Assembly: GCA_043228905.1 (NCBI GenBank)
Contig: JBHGNT010000002.1
Coordinates: 14,260,001 to 14,324,000 of the forward strand
DNA: 64,000 nt
Direction of reading: 5' to 3'
Source: Azolla caroliniana
Taxonomy: Eukaryota; Plantae; Polypodiophyta
The translations under genes and the position numbers were made by a program. The notes beneath the pieces were generated by a model. That model did no database searches and was not told the DNA's origin. It saw only the letters and a list, made by a program, of their open reading frames with translations. Shown here one piece after another: positions 60,218 through 64,000 of this stretch. How positions within the stretch are numbered: the stretch's first letter is position 1; every line of letters starts with the position of its first letter.

Positions 60218-60512
60218 GTCGTTGCCTCTGTTGTAACCGCCGCCTGTGGCGAAGATCGTGAGCACGAGGTCGTTGCCTCCGTGAACTCACTGTTGTACAT
60301 TCTAACATAGTGATAGTTTGCAGCCTGTGGGCTGCCGTGGTTTTTCCCTCTTTGGGTTTTCCACGTAAACATCCTGTGTACTCTTCTCTTTTCTGTGTCG
60401 AACATCTATTTCCCGTTTCTGTGTATGATTCTAAGCTCGATTGTGGCCAAGCGTTGCGTATAGGGAGCGTGTGGTTCCCGTCAAGTGGTATCAGAGCGAA
60501 ACGACACAGAAA

Positions 60513-63500
60513 ATGGACGAATTGTTTGGCGGCATGTTCAAGCTCACCGGCTCCAACTATTCAGTGTGGAAGTCGAAGATGAGGGACATGCTCATGATTA
60601 AAGATCTTTGGTTACCGGTTTAGTTCGGGGACAAGATCGACGCCACAATATGGGAGGTGATGCACATGAAGACAACGGCGTACATACGGTGCTTCATCGA
60701 CATGAGCCTATACAACAACTTCAATGAAGAGAGCAAGGCTCATGAGCTCTGGGAGAAGATCGGCATTATGTTTCAAAACAAAAATGTTGTTAATCAGGTT
60801 TCGGTATTCCAGAAGCTAGTAAGACTCCGGTACCAAGATGGCTCCAGCATGGCGGAGCACATGAATGCCTTCCAAGGGCTGATCCACTAGGAAACTTCAT
60901 TGGAAGTACCTCTCGCCGATGAGGTACTAGCGCTACTCCTGCTCGGTTCCCTCCCGGATAGCTGGGAGATGTTGGTTGTCACTTTGGGCAACGCCGGGCC
61001 GGAAGGAAAACGGTTATCCCTAGCAAGAGTAAAGTCGAGCTTGCTAGATGAGGAGGCGCATCGGAAAGATAAAGATACGAGCTCCAACTCCAAAGTGCTC
61101 CTTACCGAATCGGAACGCGGAAGACATAGAAACCGTAGTCCCCAGAACCGGGAGAAGTCGGGGACACGGTCAAAGTCAAGGGGGAGGCCTACTTGCTTCT
61201 ATTGTGGCAAGCCGGGACACTTCCAGAAGAACTGTCGCCATTTCCGAAAAGACAAGGAAACCGACGGTACCGATTCGAAGCGGACCCTGGACCGGAACGG
61301 TAAAGACCAGAGGGGGCCGGACCGGAAGGGAATGACGGCAATCGCGGCAAGTGAAGAAGAGTTGATGCTCATCACCGAGGAGAGTGAGATAAACCTTGCC
61401 GGCGACGAGATGACTTGGGTGGTAGACTCCGGAGCGTCGTTCCACCTTACCCCGGACCGGAAATGCTTCTCATTCTACTCAGCCGGTGATCACGGCTGTG
61501 TCCGGATGGGGAATGAAGGTACATGCCGAATTGTCGGCATAGGAGACATGTGGCTGACAACACCAACCGGATGCAAGTTGTTGTTGAAGGATGTCCGACA
61601 CGTTCTGGAGGTTCGTCTGAACCTGATATCATCCGGTCAGCTAGATGATGAAGGCTACACGGGTAGCATCCGGAACGGTGTCATGAAGTTCAACAAAGGG
61701 AGCCCGATTGTGGCTCGGGCCCGGAAGGTCAACACACTGTACCTGATGAATGCCCGGTTATGTCCGGAAGAAGTGAACGTGGCATCTGACATTGCCGGTG
61801 AGTTGTGGCACAAGAGGTTGTGTCATATGAGCGAGAAGGGGATGAAGTGGCTTGCAGGCGACAACCTCATTCCATTGAAGAACGTGCACTTGGAGAAGTG
61901 CACTGATTGTTTGGCCGGTAAGCAAAACCGGACCTCCTTCCGACCAAGGCCACCGATGAGACGTAATGCACCACTGGAGTTGGTGCATATGGATGTGTGT
62001 CAAGTAGACACGAAGTCACATGCCGGAGCGCAGTACTTCGTTACATTCATAGATGACCACAACCGGAAGCTGTGGGCCACACCGTTGAAGACGAAGGATC
62101 AGGTGCTATCCGTCTTCAAAGAGCTCCACGCGAGAGTGGAAAGAGAAACCGGCCGGAAGCTGAAGGCGGTTCAAGTAGATAACGGAGGAGAATACCGGGA
62201 GCAGTTCGAGGAGTATTGCCGCTCGAAGGGAATCCGGCTCGAATATACTATGCCGAAGACGCCGGAACTAAACGGACTGGCCAAGAGGATGAACCGGACC
62301 ATAATGGAGAGGGTCCGGAGTATGCTAGCGCATGCAAAACTACCCAAGAAGTTTTGGGCTGAGGCATTGTCGACGGCGACATATGTGATAAATAGATCAC
62401 CCTCGGTACCCTTGGACGGAGATACGCCACAGAGAGTATGGACCGGTAAGGAAGTATCCTACCCGCATCTGAAGGTGTTCGGGTGTCTCGCGTACGTGCA
62501 TGTAGCTAAGGACTGGAGCGGAAAGTTAGATCCAAAGACCCGGCCATGCATATTCCTCGGTTACGGTGACGATGAGTTCGGCTACCGAGTGTGGGACCTA
62601 GTCGACAAGAAGGTATTCCAGAGTCGAGATATTATCTTCATGGAGGACAAGACGCTCGTCGACTGGGAGTCGGAGAAGAAGATAATGAACTCTAAGTCGA
62701 CCAGTAAGGATCGACTCTACGATGCGCAGACCCAACCGGCAAGAGACCGGTTAGCACTCGACGAACCAGCCGGTTACGGTGAGGATATCGAACCGGCAGA
62801 AGAAGTAGTAGAGGAAGCTGAAACCGGAACTGGACAAGACCCCGAATCGGATTCGGATGAAGAGCAAATGGAGGAGCCGATTACCGAAGCCAGAAGACAG
62901 AGATTTCCGGATGCAGAGCATGTGCTGCGAACCGATGAGGGGGAGCCAGAAAGCTTCGAAGAAGCAAAGGATGACACCCACAACCGCAAATGGTTAAGTG
63001 CCATGCAGGATGAGATGGATTCCCTGCATGAGAACCATACGTACGAATTGGTGGAGTTATCGAAAGGAAAGCGGGCACTCCGAAACAAGTGGGTGTACAA
63101 GTTGAAACCGGGAGATGTCGGCAACCCCCCGAGGTACAAAGCCAGGATCGTGGTGAAGGGGTTCTAGCAGAAGAAGGGCGTGGACTTCGACGAGATATTT
63201 GCCCCGGTAGTAAAGATGACCTCCATCCGGACGGTGCTGAGTATAGCGGCAAGCATGGACCTCGAGGTAGAGCAGCTAGACGTGAAGACGGCATTCCTTC
63301 ACGGCGACCTCGAAGAGGAGATCTACATGCAGCAACCAGAAGGATTCGTGAAGAAAGGGAAGGAGCACTTGGTTTGCCGGCTAATGAAGAGCCTGTACGG
63401 ACTAAAGCATGCCCCCCAGCAATGGTACCGGAAGTTCGATTCCTTCATGACCGATCAAGGGTACCAAAAGACACAGGCCGATCACTGCGTGTTTATGAAG

Positions 63501-64000
63501 AAGTTTGAAGGAGGCAACTTCCTGATACTCCTTCTGTACGTGGATGACATGTTGATTGTCGAACGGGACCAAGTCAAAATACAGATGCTGAAGAAGGCCC
63601 TCAACCGGACCTTCTCAATGAAAGACTTGGGTCCAGCAAGACAGATGCTGAGGATGCATATTATCCGGAACCGGTCAGCGAAGCAATTATGGCTATCACA
63701 GGAGAAGTACGTGACAAAGGTGCTTCACCGGTTCAACATGTCAGATGTGAAACCGGTCGGATCGACACTTGCGGCAAACTGCAGGCTATCCGGTAAGCAA
63801 AGCCTGAAGACGAAAGCAGAGAAGGCGGATATGATGAAGATCCCATATGCCTCTACCGTCGGGAGCTTGATGTACGCAATGGTGTGTACCAGACTGGATA
63901 TATAGGATACGCAGTCGGAGTGGTGAGCCGGTTTATGAGCAATCCCGGCAAGGAGCACTAGAACGCGGTCAATGAATACTCCGGTACTTGAAGGGCACTT
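60513..64000 (+). pseudogene. Element H gag-pol with premature stops
   Basis: MDELFGGMFKLTGSNY gag; ORF 60900-63167 (NC-PR-INT); ORF 63180-63905 (RT, LLLYVDDML). Confidence 0.92.

Larger units (their letters stand above)
59674..64000 (+). mobile_element. Tork-like copia element H, running off the window end
   Basis: 5' LTR 59674-60483 (TATTGGG from TGTTGGG), PBS-Met 60486-60497, gag ATG at 60513, pol highly similar to element D. Confidence 0.93.

Overview
This window is gene-free plant heterochromatin made almost entirely of nested, mostly degenerate retrotransposons. The families look moss-like (e.g. Physcomitrium); that is an inference from family resemblance. Left end: a decayed L1-type LINE (about 124-4640). 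Centre: a five-level nest in which a Tork/Tnt1-like copia (16516-21958, TSD AGCCT) sits inside a tRNA-Trp-primed Gypsy (13871-25761, 4-bp TSD), inside a Bryco-like copia (13804-32683, TSD AAAGC), inside an Athila-like Gypsy with a long extra ORF (about 7201-35669), inside another Bryco-like copia (5971-37053). Right half: a second Athila-like 3' fragment, a complete Bryco-like copia (39881-45578, TSD TGGAA), more Bryco-like and Tork-like pieces, and solo LTRs. I found no host protein-coding gene, rRNA or CRISPR. The most interesting signals are (1) a tRNA-Arg-like Pol III promoter (A and B boxes, D and T arms) inside a Gypsy solo LTR, (2) a conserved C-terminal polyprotein extension in the Bryco-like elements, bracketed by two copies of the polypurine tract and ending inside the LTR, (3) an apparent gag-capsid swap between Tork-like families, (4) a shared uncharacterised domain in the extra ORFs of two Athila-like families, and (5) a Bryco-like density suggestive of a centromere. 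Family names were assigned by eye from motifs, not by database search.
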